Made by a program: the position numbers and the translations under genes. Below, piece by piece: positions 18,583 to 28,252 of a DNA stretch of 42,053 nucleotides. Below the pieces are notes generated by a model that did no database searches, had not been told where the DNA came from, and saw only the letters and a list, made by a program, of their open reading frames with translations. Position 1 is the first letter of the stretch. Each line of letters begins with the position of its first letter. The stretch is from a virus (Duplodnaviria; Caudoviricetes), in IMG/VR virus record IMGVR_UViG_3300033475_001142, positions 1-42,053 of that record. One strand, given 5' to 3'.

Positions 18583-19105
18583 TCCGCCGCTTAAGCGTCT
18601 GGACCCGCCGTTCTTCGAGCCGCCGATTGTCGATGTGGCGACCGGCCAGCAGCATTCGCACGCCTGGACGGATTACCACCAGCAGATCGCCGACCACATC
18701 AACACCATCGTCTCCGGCTCCGGCGTGACGGACGGCAGCGATGCCGGCGAGGGCCAGATCGGCGAGGTGCTGACGGCGAGCGGCAGCGGCGTGGCGCTGT
18801 CGAGCGGTGGTGTGGCGACGGTGGCGACGCTGACACTGACGCCCGGCGACTGGGACGTGACGGGCGGCGTGACGTTCAACATCAGCGGCGCGGCGTCGTC
18901 GCACTATGCCGTGGGCATCGACGGCGTGTTCGGCACCGAGATCATCGCGACGATCCCGACCGGCAGCGGCGTGTGGCGGCTGCAGGCCGGCACGGTGCGG
19001 CGCAATGTGACGGCGAGCACGGCGGTCGCGCTGTCGGCGGCGGCCTTCTTCTCGTCTGGCGCGGTGTCGGCGGACGGGACGCTGCGAGCGAGGCGGATGC
19101 GCTAG
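18575..19105 (+). CDS. Tail-associated protein in the gp26 (needle/plug) position
   Basis: Follows the gp10-like gene; P..D..TG.....W motif; LTLTPGDWDV. Confidence 0.55.
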   Translation: MPDPPLKRLDPPFFEPPIVDVATGQQHSHAWTDYHQQIADHINTIVSGSGVTDGSDAGEGQIGEVLTASGSGVALSSGGVATVATLTLTPGDWDVTGGVTFNISGAASSHYAVGIDGVFGTEIIATIPTGSGVWRLQAGTVRRNVTASTAVALSAAAFFSSGAVSADGTLRARRMR

Positions 19106-19657
19106 ATGAGGCACTTTGTCAGGATCGCCGCGGGGATCGAGACGCTGCCGGTGGCACTCGATCTCTACCGCCAGCCAGAGCTGTGGAACCAGCACACTGC
19201 GCGCACTGGCGGCGTGGGCGCGTTCGTAGGCACCGACGACATCTGGGTAAGGTTCCGCGATCCCGCTGAACTGGTGTCGCGCGAAAGCTTTGCAGAGCCG
19301 CATGTGCCGGTGTTTTATCCAGCCTGGCATGCGCTGCCGCATCTCAGGCCCATCGTGTTCGGTCTGATGTCACGCGTCGAGGCGGTGCAACTCGGTGGGA
19401 TACTGATTACGCGGGTTCCGTCCGGCCAGCAGGTCGCGCCGCACGACGACAAAGGCCGGTGGCATTCCGAGTTCTTCCAGACCAAAGCTTACATCCCGCT
19501 GGCCACGAATGCACAGTGCGTCAACACCTGCGGCGACGAGCGGGTGGTTATGAACATCGGTGATGCCTGGCTGTTCGATAACCTGCAGACACACTCGACC
19601 GTCAATGACGGCGAGACAGACCGCGTGACACTTATCGTCTCGATGAGGTGCGAATGA
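19106..19657 (+). CDS. Aspartyl/asparaginyl beta-hydroxylase-family 2OG-Fe(II) oxygenase
   Basis: PHDD (HxD), W.FDN...HS..N.G..DRV.LIV. Confidence 0.85.
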   Translation: MRHFVRIAAGIETLPVALDLYRQPELWNQHTARTGGVGAFVGTDDIWVRFRDPAELVSRESFAEPHVPVFYPAWHALPHLRPIVFGLMSRVEAVQLGGILITRVPSGQQVAPHDDKGRWHSEFFQTKAYIPLATNAQCVNTCGDERVVMNIGDAWLFDNLQTHSTVNDGETDRVTLIVSMRCE

Positions 19658-19998
19658 AGCGCGCAGAGCACCAGCCCGAGCAGGTTGATATCGCGATCTA
19701 TGCGGGCGTATTCGTGAAAACATGGAGCGTGCGCGATGCCGGCACATGGCTGCCGCAGCACGCACACGAGCATCCGCACCTGACGCTCGTGATGCGTGGC
19801 ACGGTGCGGGCCTGGCGCGGCGAGGAGATGCTGGGCGACTACCGGGCGCCCGGCGTGGTGCAGATCCCGGCCAACACGCCGCACAATTTCCTGACGCTGA
19901 CGCCGGATGTGGCGCTGGCGTGTATCCACAACGCCGATCACATCGAGGGCGCGGAGCCTGCGGTATCGCAGCAAGCCGGCCTGGAACTGGAGGACTAG
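19654..19998 (+). CDS. Cupin-domain protein
   Basis: QHAHEHPHLT.V.RG...IPANTPHNF...CIH; ATGA overlap. Confidence 0.8.
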   Translation: MKRAEHQPEQVDIAIYAGVFVKTWSVRDAGTWLPQHAHEHPHLTLVMRGTVRAWRGEEMLGDYRAPGVVQIPANTPHNFLTLTPDVALACIHNADHIEGAEPAVSQQAGLELED

Positions 19999-20001
19999 GC
20001 C

Positions 20002-20712
20002 ATGCCTTTCGCGGTCGCAGGTGCTGCTATCGGAGCCGCTGGCGCCATCGGCGGTGGCATCATGCAGAGCCAGGCCGCCGCCGCAGGGCAGAAGCAGGCG
20101 CAGAGGCAGTTCGAGCAGCAGCGTGCGGACATGCAGCCGTATCGCGAGGCCGGGCTGCCGTCGCTCGATGCCACGCAGTCGCTGCTCGGTCTGCAAGGCC
20201 CGGACGCGGCGGCTGCGGCGATGGCCAATTTCACGCAGTCGCCCGGCTACCAGTTCCAGCTGGACCAGGGCCTGCGGGCGGTGGATGCCGGGGCGGCAGA
20301 ACAGGGGTTGCTACGAAGCGGTGCGACGCTCAAAGCGGAGCAGGCGTTCGGCAGCGGCCTGGCGGCGAGTGAGTTCGGCAACTACTACAACCGGCTGTTT
20401 GAACTATCGAAGCTAGGGGAGTCTGCGGCGGCGGGTGGTGTCTATAACTCGAATGCGGCGGCGAGTACGGCAATCGGCGGCGCCAACGCACAGAGCAGCA
20501 TCTATGGCAACACGGCGTCCAGCCTTGGCAACATCGCCAATTCCCTGCTGAGCAACAAGGACTTTCAGGGGTGGCTCAGTGGCAGTGGCGGCGGCAGTTC
20601 GGTCTATTCCAGCACGCCGAACCTGATCTGGAACCCGAATAATCCGGTCGGCACAAGTACGCTGGGCGGCGGGACCGCCAATCAGGGCTGGTTCGGCAAC
20701 AACTTCGGATGA
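20002..20712 (+). CDS. DNA ejection/transfer protein (gp7-like)
   Basis: Gly/Ala-rich N-terminus, QPY..AG, F.QSPGYQFQL.QG, G.L.SGA.LKA. Confidence 0.8.
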   Translation: MPFAVAGAAIGAAGAIGGGIMQSQAAAAGQKQAQRQFEQQRADMQPYREAGLPSLDATQSLLGLQGPDAAAAAMANFTQSPGYQFQLDQGLRAVDAGAAEQGLLRSGATLKAEQAFGSGLAASEFGNYYNRLFELSKLGESAAAGGVYNSNAAASTAIGGANAQSSIYGNTASSLGNIANSLLSNKDFQGWLSGSGGGSSVYSSTPNLIWNPNNPVGTSTLGGGTANQGWFGNNFG

Positions 20713-20719
20713 TGCTGAC

Positions 20720-22963
20720 ATGAGCGGCACACAGGTAAGCTCCGGGCCAGACCCGAACATCCTCTACAAGGCGCTGTCCGGCGTCGGGGTGCGTGAGCAG
20801 ACGGCGATGGACGACACGCACGCCAACGCACTGCTCACGCAGGCGCACCAGCAGCAGCAGAACCAGGCGACCGACTTAGAGATGGTCTCGCGGGCTTCGG
20901 CGTATCTCAACCAGTTCGATGAGGCGAAGCAGGCAGAGCTTTGGCCCGGCGTGATCTCGCAGTTGCAGCAGTACAATTTTGCGATGAAAGCGAACCCGTC
21001 GGTCTTTCCCGGTGCGGCGCGCATTGCGCAGCTCGCGGCGGCGAGCACGCCGTCGAAGGAGCTGATGGAGATCGGCGAGGGACGCGCCTGGATGAATGCT
21101 CAGCGTGGCGTTCCTCCTGTCGCGGCGTCTGGCGCAGCACCGGGTGCAGCGGCGCCAGCGACAGCGGCTATTCCGGCGCGTGGCACGGGCGGACCTGGGG
21201 GTGGAGCTGTTTTGCCGACCGAGTGGTTGCCGCATTTCTACGAGGCGTCGCGCGAGACTGGCATTCCCGTCGAGCTGCTGATCGCCCAGGCACGGCAGGA
21301 GAGTTCGTTCGATCCGAACGCACGCGGCAAGGCGGGCGAGATCGGGCTGTTCCAAATCATGCCAAGTACGGCCCGCGCTCCTTCCGGCATGACCGGCGTG
21401 GACCCGGCGACGCTCACCGGGCCGGAGAATGTGCGTAACAATATCCTGTTCGGTGCGCGCTATCTCGCGGCCATGGCTGGAAAGGGCGTCGATTGGAATA
21501 ATCCGGCGGTGCAGGCGGCGGCGCTCAGACGTTACAACGCTGGCGGCGATCCGGAATATGTCGCCCACGTCAACCAGTACCGCCCAAGCATGTCGCCGAC
21601 CGACCCGGCGCGGGCTGTGACGACGTACGCCACGACAGCGCCGCCACCAGCGCCTGCCGGTGGGGTGGCGGCGCGCACGGGCGGCACCGACGTAGCCGGC
21701 CCACCAGGCACCGTGCCGGCCGCTCCAGCGGCTCCTGTGGCGCCTGTGGCTGGCACTGGTGCTCCGGCTGTCCCAGCGGCGCCAGCGGCCACCACAGCGG
21801 CCGTACCGGGTGCTACGCCGGCACCGCCAGCGGCTCCGGCGGCGGCACCTGCTGCGACCGCCCCACCCGCCGCGGCGCCACCGTTCACGCCACCGAAGCC
21901 GGTTCTCGCCTCTGGACTGACGGCCGACCAGCAGCGGTCGATGGATGCGCTGCTGCCCTCGGCGGCGCGGACCCGCGAGGGGCGGGCGAACTGGACGGCG
22001 AAGGTGGAGCAGCTCAAGCAGCAGAACGTCAACGAGCAGCAGGAATACGAAACGAAGGTCAACACCTGGCAGAACCAGCAACAGACGGCGGCGCGTGCGG
22101 AGCAAACGGCCGCACAGACGCTCGCCAATCAGGCGGCGCATCTGGACTTGGCGCGGAGAGCTGACCAGCGGGCACAGAAAGAAGCGGACGATAAAGCCAG
22201 GGAGAGAGGCGAAACCCTGGTCCCAGGTCAGGGCATCGAGGCGGTACATGAGAACACGCTGCAGAAATATGCTGCGAAAGTGGCGCGTGGTGAGCAACTC
22301 ACCGAGGACGAGCAGCGCCTTTACGATGGCGCCTATTACGCGATGCAGCAGAGTGGCGGCCAGACCGGCACAATGACCGACCCAAACAACCCTGGGCAGC
22401 AAATCCCATTCCAGACCACCCGCCGCTTGCCGCCGAACTTGCCGGAGCCGAAGGGTGGCGCGCTGCCGCCAGTGATTTCGCAGCCAGGGGCGCCGAAGAA
22501 AGACCAGATGACGGAAGGCCAAGGACAGGCAGCGGCCTTCGCCGACCGGATGGTGGTGGCTAATCCCATCATGGAGCAACTCGATGAGAAGGCGCTGAGC
22601 TGGGGCGAAAAAGTGCGTGAGCGGGTAGGTAGCTTCGCCGGCTACAGCATCAACTCGCCCGACTATCAGAAGTTGCGAGTGGCGCAGGAGGCATTCCTGG
22701 CCGGCATACTGCGCAAGGAAAGCGGCGCGGCGGTCTCGCCAAGCGAGTGGGACCGCTATGCAAAGCTGTACTTCCCGATGCCGGGTGATGATGCCTCGAC
22801 AGTCCGTTTGAAGCGGCAGTTTCGCCAGACCGCAATGGAGGGTATGCAGCGAGAAGCTGGCCCGACCTATAAGCCGCCGGCTGCACCCACAGAGTCAGCC
22901 GCGGGCAAGCCACTATCCAATACGACGATCAGGGTTGATGCGAATGGTAAGATCATTCCATGA
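20720..22963 (+). CDS. Ejection protein with a lytic transglycosylase (SLT) domain
   Basis: QESSFDPNA, GLFQIMP.TA, N...GARYL and AL.RYNAG motifs; Pro/Ala linker; LRKESGAAV. Confidence 0.85.
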   Translation: MSGTQVSSGPDPNILYKALSGVGVREQTAMDDTHANALLTQAHQQQQNQATDLEMVSRASAYLNQFDEAKQAELWPGVISQLQQYNFAMKANPSVFPGAARIAQLAAASTPSKELMEIGEGRAWMNAQRGVPPVAASGAAPGAAAPATAAIPARGTGGPGGGAVLPTEWLPHFYEASRETGIPVELLIAQARQESSFDPNARGKAGEIGLFQIMPSTARAPSGMTGVDPATLTGPENVRNNILFGARYLAAMAGKGVDWNNPAVQAAALRRYNAGGDPEYVAHVNQYRPSMSPTDPARAVTTYATTAPPPAPAGGVAARTGGTDVAGPPGTVPAAPAAPVAPVAGTGAPAVPAAPAATTAAVPGATPAPPAAPAAAPAATAPPAAAPPFTPPKPVLASGLTADQQRSMDALLPSAARTREGRANWTAKVEQLKQQNVNEQQEYETKVNTWQNQQQTAARAEQTAAQTLANQAAHLDLARRADQRAQKEADDKARERGETLVPGQGIEAVHENTLQKYAAKVARGEQLTEDEQRLYDGAYYAMQQSGGQTGTMTDPNNPGQQIPFQTTRRLPPNLPEPKGGALPPVISQPGAPKKDQMTEGQGQAAAFADRMVVANPIMEQLDEKALSWGEKVRERVGSFAGYSINSPDYQKLRVAQEAFLAGILRKESGAAVSPSEWDRYAKLYFPMPGDDASTVRLKRQFRQTAMEGMQREAGPTYKPPAAPTESAAGKPLSNTTIRVDANGKIIP

Positions 22964-25086
22964 CCGTTGATGTGAAGCTGCCGGACGGCAGGACGGTGCA
23001 ATTTCCTGACGGGGTAACGCCTGACGTCATCGAACGGACAACGCAGCATCTGATGGGCACCGATGCGGAAAGCCAGCCGTCAGTGGTTGGCTCTGCGCTG
23101 CGCGGTGTGGTGAAGGGCGCGACATTCGGCTTCGGCGATGAACTGCGCGCCGGCACGGACGCACTGGTGCAGGGCGTCGGTAATCTGTTTCGTGGAGGGC
23201 CAACGATCAAAGATGTCGTGGCTCGTGAAACTGGAGCCGGTGGTGGGCGCATGACGATGGGCCAGGCTTATGACGCTAGTCTGGCAGCTTCGCGCGAGCA
23301 GGACCGGCGAGATGTGGAAGTCAACCCGGTGTCAACTGTCGCCGGACAGGTGGCTGGCGGCGTCGGATCGACGGTGCTGGCGCCCTACACTGGTGCGGCG
23401 CGTGTGGTGGCACCCATAGCCCGCGCGGCTGCGCCCTATGTCAGTCCGTTGCTGGCTATGATGCCCGCTTGGCTACGCACGGCAGGGGGCGTGGCCGGCA
23501 CCGGAGCGGCGCTTGGCGGTGTGGCGGGTGTCGGCGAAGGCGAGGGCGGCCTGGGGCCGCGGCTGGAAAGCGGGGCGATAGGCGCGGGAACGGGGGCTGT
23601 CGTGGCGCCGGTCATCCATGCCGTTACCAGCGCCGTCCCGGCGGTGGCCGGTCGCGTGACGCACGCTCTCGGATTGCGCAATCCGGAGACAGCGGCCGAC
23701 CGGCAGATTGTGAGGGCGCTCGACCGTGGCGGTGTGACTGTGGATGAGGCATCGACGCGGCTGACTGCGGCAGGTGACCAGCCGGTGGCGCTGGTCGATG
23801 TCGGCGGGCGCAATGTCGTTAACCTTGGGGCTACTGCTGCAAATACTCCCGGGAAGTCACTCGATGCGGCTGACGCCCTTGTTGAAAGCCGCAGGATCGG
23901 ACGACCTGACAGGCTGACAACGGCAAGCGATGATGCTTTCGGTGGCGGTAGTGGCACAGATTTGCCGGAGACCCGCGCTGATCTGAGGAAGCAGCGCTCA
24001 GAGGCGGGCGAGCTTTACGATAGGGCGTTCAGAATACAGCCGACTGCTGATGAGTTCAGCCAGGTCGCGCCGTGGGTTAATGACCGTATCGGCCAGGATG
24101 CCATGCAGCGCGGTTTGCGCGTGATTGAGCTTGAGCATCTGGCAGAAGGGAAAGCCTTCAAGCCCCAGGACTATGGCGTGACGCGTGGCGAGGGCGGCAA
24201 GTTCGTGCCAGTCGAGGGCGAGACGCCCAACATGCGGCTGCTGGATGCTGTGAAGCGTGGCTATGACGAGATTGTCGAAGGCTTCCGCGACCCGACATCC
24301 GGCAGGTTGAACCTGGATCAGGGGTACGGGAGGGCGGTTGATGCGAACCGCCGCGCGTATCGCGACACACTTGCCGGCATGTATCACCCGTATCGCCGTG
24401 CTCTGGAGACATGGGCAGGACCATCGGCACAACTCGATGCCATAAAAGCCGGCGAAACAGCATTTCGCCAGAATCGCGATGTAGTCGCTGATCGGATGAC
24501 ACGTTCCGCCGATGAGCGGGCGGCTTATAGGCTCGGTGCAGGTCGCGACTTTTCCGGTCGAGTGAGCGATCCCGCGAGCGCAAGCGGCGTTGCTCGTAAG
24601 ATGCTGGAAGACAGCACGATGCAGGCACGCCTTCGCAGCATGCTCGACGCGCAGCAACTGGAGGATCTCAATGCTGTGCTGCGACGTGAGACGGAGATGA
24701 CAGCCGTTGAGCGGGCGATCAGCCCACGCGCCGGATCACAAACCGCACGACTTATGGCTGGTGGCGATGACATGGGGCGCGACGTGGCGGGTCCTGTCAT
24801 CACGGGTATCAGGCAAGCTGTCAGTGGCCATCCGCTCCAAGGCGCGGGAACGGTGGCTAACGATTGGCTGGTGCGTCGGCTTGGGCAGGGCATCAATCCG
24901 GCAACCGCTGATGCGCTCGCCAACCGCCTTTTCGTGACGGACCCGACTGGGCGTCAGCGTGTGACTGATGCACTGCGCAACCGGCTGTTACAGGACGCAC
25001 TGAGAGCGGAGCAGGTCAGGGCGTTGACGGTTCCCGTCATCCGGTCGCTGGGAGCGACGGCTGGTGGCAGAGCCGGCGGACCTTAG
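22960..25086 (+). CDS. Large ejection protein (gp16/gp20-like)
   Basis: GATFGFGDEL motif, Gly/Ala-rich hydrophobic segments; last gene of the ejection cluster. Confidence 0.75.
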   Translation: MTVDVKLPDGRTVQFPDGVTPDVIERTTQHLMGTDAESQPSVVGSALRGVVKGATFGFGDELRAGTDALVQGVGNLFRGGPTIKDVVARETGAGGGRMTMGQAYDASLAASREQDRRDVEVNPVSTVAGQVAGGVGSTVLAPYTGAARVVAPIARAAAPYVSPLLAMMPAWLRTAGGVAGTGAALGGVAGVGEGEGGLGPRLESGAIGAGTGAVVAPVIHAVTSAVPAVAGRVTHALGLRNPETAADRQIVRALDRGGVTVDEASTRLTAAGDQPVALVDVGGRNVVNLGATAANTPGKSLDAADALVESRRIGRPDRLTTASDDAFGGGSGTDLPETRADLRKQRSEAGELYDRAFRIQPTADEFSQVAPWVNDRIGQDAMQRGLRVIELEHLAEGKAFKPQDYGVTRGEGGKFVPVEGETPNMRLLDAVKRGYDEIVEGFRDPTSGRLNLDQGYGRAVDANRRAYRDTLAGMYHPYRRALETWAGPSAQLDAIKAGETAFRQNRDVVADRMTRSADERAAYRLGAGRDFSGRVSDPASASGVARKMLEDSTMQARLRSMLDAQQLEDLNAVLRRETEMTAVERAISPRAGSQTARLMAGGDDMGRDVAGPVITGIRQAVSGHPLQGAGTVANDWLVRRLGQGINPATADALANRLFVTDPTGRQRVTDALRNRLLQDALRAEQVRALTVPVIRSLGATAGGRAGGP

Positions 25087-25190
25087 AACGCCAGGATTAA
25101 GGCGGCTACTATCCAAAGACCCTTCAGCAGCAGGAATGCCGGAAACGCCAGCATGAGCGCGATGAGGAATGCGCCAGGAGCGTCGATCAT
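25083..25190 (-). CDS. 35-aa hydrophobic membrane peptide (not in the ORF track)
   Basis: MIDAPGAFLIALMLAFPAFLLLKGLWIVAALILAF*; AGGA upstream. Confidence 0.55.
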   Translation of the reverse strand: MIDAPGAFLIALMLAFPAFLLLKGLWIVAALILAF

Positions 25191-25240
25191 CTTCGTGTCC
25201 TGATGTGGTGGTAACGCCGGCCGGAGCCGGCGCCCTCATG

Positions 25241-25480
25241 TCAGTTGCAGTTGGTGTAGACGGTGCTGCCGATGGTGTAGCTGTGACAGCGCGTCATCTG
25301 CCCGTTCGGGCTGGTGAAATCGGTGTACTGATCACGCCCGATCTGGTAGCCATAACCGGTCGTGCCATCACTGCCGTTGTAATACGTGCCAGAGCCGATC
25401 TGATACTGTTGCCAAGTCTGCGCCAAGGCTGGCGTTGCCGCGGCAATGGCGAGAGCGGCGATAATTGCTAGTCGTGTCAT
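25241..25480 (-). CDS. Small secreted protein (signal peptide, Tyr/Gly/Thr-rich, 2 Cys)
   Basis: MTRLAIIAALAIAAATPALA|QTW...; AGAGGA RBS. Confidence 0.75.
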   Translation of the reverse strand: MTRLAIIAALAIAAATPALAQTWQQYQIGSGTYYNGSDGTTGYGYQIGRDQYTDFTSPNGQMTRCHSYTIGSTVYTNCN

Positions 25481-25544
25481 AGTCGGTAAGTCCTCTGAAT
25501 GTGCGGCGCGTGTGTCATCCAAAGCGCTGCGCCGCTGATGCGCT

Positions 25545-25784
25545 CTAGTGGTCACCCTCGATCTTGCTGACGCGCTCCTCGACTGCGGCGATCCGTCGCA
25601 GCAGCGGGTCCTCGACCGCCTTCAGCACCGCGGCAGGCAATCCCATTACCAAGGCGCGGGTGCTGTCCATGCGGGTGTCGAGGTCACGCAGCTTGGCCAG
25701 CAGGATCTCGTGATTGTCATTGATGCGTCTCATCAGTTCGGCCACAGCCACGACGAGCAGCTTGCTGGGATCGTTGTCGCTCAC
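25545..25784 (-). CDS. Coiled-coil hypothetical protein
   Basis: AAGGAG RBS; GTGA coupling to the RHH gene. Confidence 0.65.
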   Translation of the reverse strand: MSDNDPSKLLVVAVAELMRRINDNHEILLAKLRDLDTRMDSTRALVMGLPAAVLKAVEDPLLRRIAAVEERVSKIEGDH

Positions 25785-25936
25785 CGCGCCGTCTCCTTGG
25801 CCTTCGCTGGCTTGGCGAGTGCGGCCTGCAGCAGGCGGGTGACGAGCGTCGAGAGCGACTGCCCGCGCTCCTCGGCGAGCTGCCGCAGCCGGTCGTCCAG
25901 GTCGTCTGGGATATATACCCTAATGAGACGGCTCAA
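25781..25936 (-). CDS. Ribbon-helix-helix (Arc/CopG-like) regulator, 51 aa (not in the ORF track)
   Basis: TTG start with GGAGG RBS; SRLIRVYIPDDLDDRLRQLAEERGQSLSTLVTRLL. Confidence 0.8.
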   Translation of the reverse strand: MSRLIRVYIPDDLDDRLRQLAEERGQSLSTLVTRLLQAALAKPAKAKETAR

Positions 25937-26199
25937 TTGATGCCTCCGACATGGGTGCCGTTGAAGCCGGCTAGCTCGGCATACTCAGCACGAGCGGCTG
26001 TGGCGGCTGCCTTGTCGCCTGCGGCATAGGCGGCGGCGGCACGATCAGCTGCATCTGCGGCGGCCAACGCACGGCTGGTGACGTGATCCATGCGGCCGGG
26101 CGCGCTCTGCTCCATCCGGTCTGCAAACGCGCGGATCTGTTCTGCCAGGGTGGTGAAACGGGTCACGCGCTGTGTGGTGATTTCGTCGCTCATCGTCAT
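25933..26199 (-). CDS. Ala-rich helical hypothetical protein
   Basis: AAGGAG RBS; first gene after the leftward promoter. Confidence 0.7.
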   Translation of the reverse strand: MTMSDEITTQRVTRFTTLAEQIRAFADRMEQSAPGRMDHVTSRALAAADAADRAAAAYAAGDKAAATAARAEYAELAGFNGTHVGGIN

Positions 26200-26216
26200 C
26201 TCCTTGTCTGGGCACC

Positions 26217-26245
26217 GTTATGCCCTAATGAGCACAGAATGTCTA
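26217..26245 (-). promoter_or_regulatory. Putative sigma-70 promoter of the leftward operon
   Basis: TAGACA-N17-CATAAC on the minus strand. Confidence 0.55.
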
Positions 26246-26268
26246 CACAATAATGCAGGGGAAACCGC

Positions 26269-28251
26269 ATGGCCGAGCCACCGACATACCCGCACATCAT
26301 CGTATTCGAGGACGCCGGGACGCAGCGGCTGTTCGTGCCGGCCGAGACGGAGCCGGAGCCGCCTGATCCACCCGATCCGCCGGACCCGGAGGAGCCGCCG
26401 CCGGACGACGGCGAGGCGCGCGCCACCATCACCATCGGTGGCATCGACTGCGTATTCCGCGCATCGGAGGGCACGACGCTCGCCCCCTACGCTGACCCGG
26501 ACGGCGCCTTCGTGATGGACAACGTCGTCTGCACGCACCCCGACCTGCCGCACACACTGGCGTTCTACCGCCCGGACAGGGCCGGCGGCCGCGAAGAGTG
26601 GGTGTTCGAGCACGGGGTGCCGCGCGCCACGGCACAGGACGACAACCTGCCGGCCTACACGTGCACCATCACCCGTCGCGACGGCACCACCGCCACCGTA
26701 GAGGCCACCAGCGGACACTACTGGTTCGGCCGCTGGCGCTGGCAGTCGGCGCCACGCCCGGTGCGTCGCACCTACGCACAGCTCGTGGCGCAGAACCTGA
26801 TCCCGCCGCTCGACACGACCGGGCTGGCGAAAGGCCCCATCCTGTCGGTGAGCGCCTACAAGCCCATGGCGACGTGTGGCATGCCCGGGAATCAAGGCCA
26901 AACCGGCGGCTATCCCGGTCTCGGTTTGATAACTGGATGGCAAGCGCAGTACCTGGTGCGCAACGCCCCGGAAACCGCGTGGCGCGATCAGGCTGAGGCG
27001 ATCAACAGCTACCCCACCATCGTGCGCGATCCCGACACGCTGGCACCCTGCCCCGGCGATATCGTGGACGACTTTCCCGGCGCGAATATGTATTCGTCCA
27101 GTGAGGGCACGCCGTACATCGCCAAAGGCCCCAGTCCGCTGCGGACGGACCAGGGCCACCTGCCCTCGGCGGTGTATATACCCTTTCTGCTGACCGGCGA
27201 CCCCTACTATCTGGAGGCGATGCAGTTCACCACGAATTACCAGCAGCTCAGCCTGCCGTCCGATTCGCGTTGTATGGTGATGGGTAGATACTGGGCCTGG
27301 CCGACGCGCGCGATTGCCGAATGCGTCGTCGCAACGCCCGCCGTGGTGCCGTCGTGGCTGCTGCCACGCAGCTACTGGGAGCATTGGCTGGAGGTGAACC
27401 GGGGCCACGTCGAGACGCGCATGGCGAACGCGTCCGACCCGTATTACTACGTCTTCCATACGATCTACGAGAGCGGCCAGTCGTCGGAATTGGACCCCAA
27501 CCGGTCGGGCGATCATGTCTGGCAGCAGGCTTTTGTGGACCTGACCGCGGCGTGGATCGCATCCTGGCGGCCGGAGTGGGTCGAGCCGGCAGAGTGGCTC
27601 ATGCACTCCAGCATCGACCGCGCCTCGGCGACCAGCGGCTGGTGTCGGTCCCGTTGCTCGCCCTATCACATCCGCATGCAGAACGCCTCGGTGCTGGCGA
27701 CGGCGATGACCAAAACAAGCTGCGAGCTGACCATCAAATACACGCAGCAATTCATACCCGGCATGAGCGTGACGATTGACAGCGAGACGCTCACGCTCGG
27801 CGACAGCGCGGACGGACTGACGTGGGAGATCGCGTCGCGGCCCACGCCCGCCGACCACGCCGTCAACAAGCCGGTCTATGGCGCCAAATGCCTGAGCTGG
27901 CGCGAGGCGACGGATCTCAACGTCATGACATACGGTTGGGATGTCGCGGCGGACGGCGACCAACTGCCGGCCAATACGACCGACCTGACGTATCCAAGTT
28001 ATCAGCGCGCGGCGCTCGCCCAGGCGCTGCACAGCGGGCTGGAGGTGCCTGGCCTGGCCGACGCCTATGCGTGGCTCGACGGCGAGGTGCGGCGGCTGGT
28101 GAGCACCAAGAACCTGCCGGTCGGCGACAACTGGGCCGTGGTGCCCGGCACCACAACGCGCCGGCGGCATCACCGGCGGTCAGACCGGACGGATTTGCAG
28201 CGGAACGCCAAATTGCAGGACATCATTGACGCCATCCGCGGCGAAGACTGA
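26269..28251 (+). CDS. 660-aa putative polysaccharide lyase-like (alpha/alpha toroid) protein
   Basis: QTGG.P.LG, D.GH.PS..YIPFLLTGDPYYLE and R.WAW motifs; Pro-rich N-terminal linker; function inferred. Confidence 0.45.
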   Translation: MAEPPTYPHIIVFEDAGTQRLFVPAETEPEPPDPPDPPDPEEPPPDDGEARATITIGGIDCVFRASEGTTLAPYADPDGAFVMDNVVCTHPDLPHTLAFYRPDRAGGREEWVFEHGVPRATAQDDNLPAYTCTITRRDGTTATVEATSGHYWFGRWRWQSAPRPVRRTYAQLVAQNLIPPLDTTGLAKGPILSVSAYKPMATCGMPGNQGQTGGYPGLGLITGWQAQYLVRNAPETAWRDQAEAINSYPTIVRDPDTLAPCPGDIVDDFPGANMYSSSEGTPYIAKGPSPLRTDQGHLPSAVYIPFLLTGDPYYLEAMQFTTNYQQLSLPSDSRCMVMGRYWAWPTRAIAECVVATPAVVPSWLLPRSYWEHWLEVNRGHVETRMANASDPYYYVFHTIYESGQSSELDPNRSGDHVWQQAFVDLTAAWIASWRPEWVEPAEWLMHSSIDRASATSGWCRSRCSPYHIRMQNASVLATAMTKTSCELTIKYTQQFIPGMSVTIDSETLTLGDSADGLTWEIASRPTPADHAVNKPVYGAKCLSWREATDLNVMTYGWDVAADGDQLPANTTDLTYPSYQRAALAQALHSGLEVPGLADAYAWLDGEVRRLVSTKNLPVGDNWAVVPGTTTRRRHHRRSDRTDLQRNAKLQDIIDAIRGED

Positions 28252-28252
28252 T

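Noticed and set aside
21620-21900. Pro/Ala-rich repeats in the SLT ejection protein
   Set aside because: Ordinary low-complexity linker with no regular nucleotide periodicity.
26218-28173. Long minus-strand ORF (651 aa) and similar antisense ORFs (20876-22579, 9870-11081, 6378-7385)
   Set aside because: Shadow ORFs of GC-rich genes: Arg/Gly-rich, no motifs, fully opposite well-supported genes.
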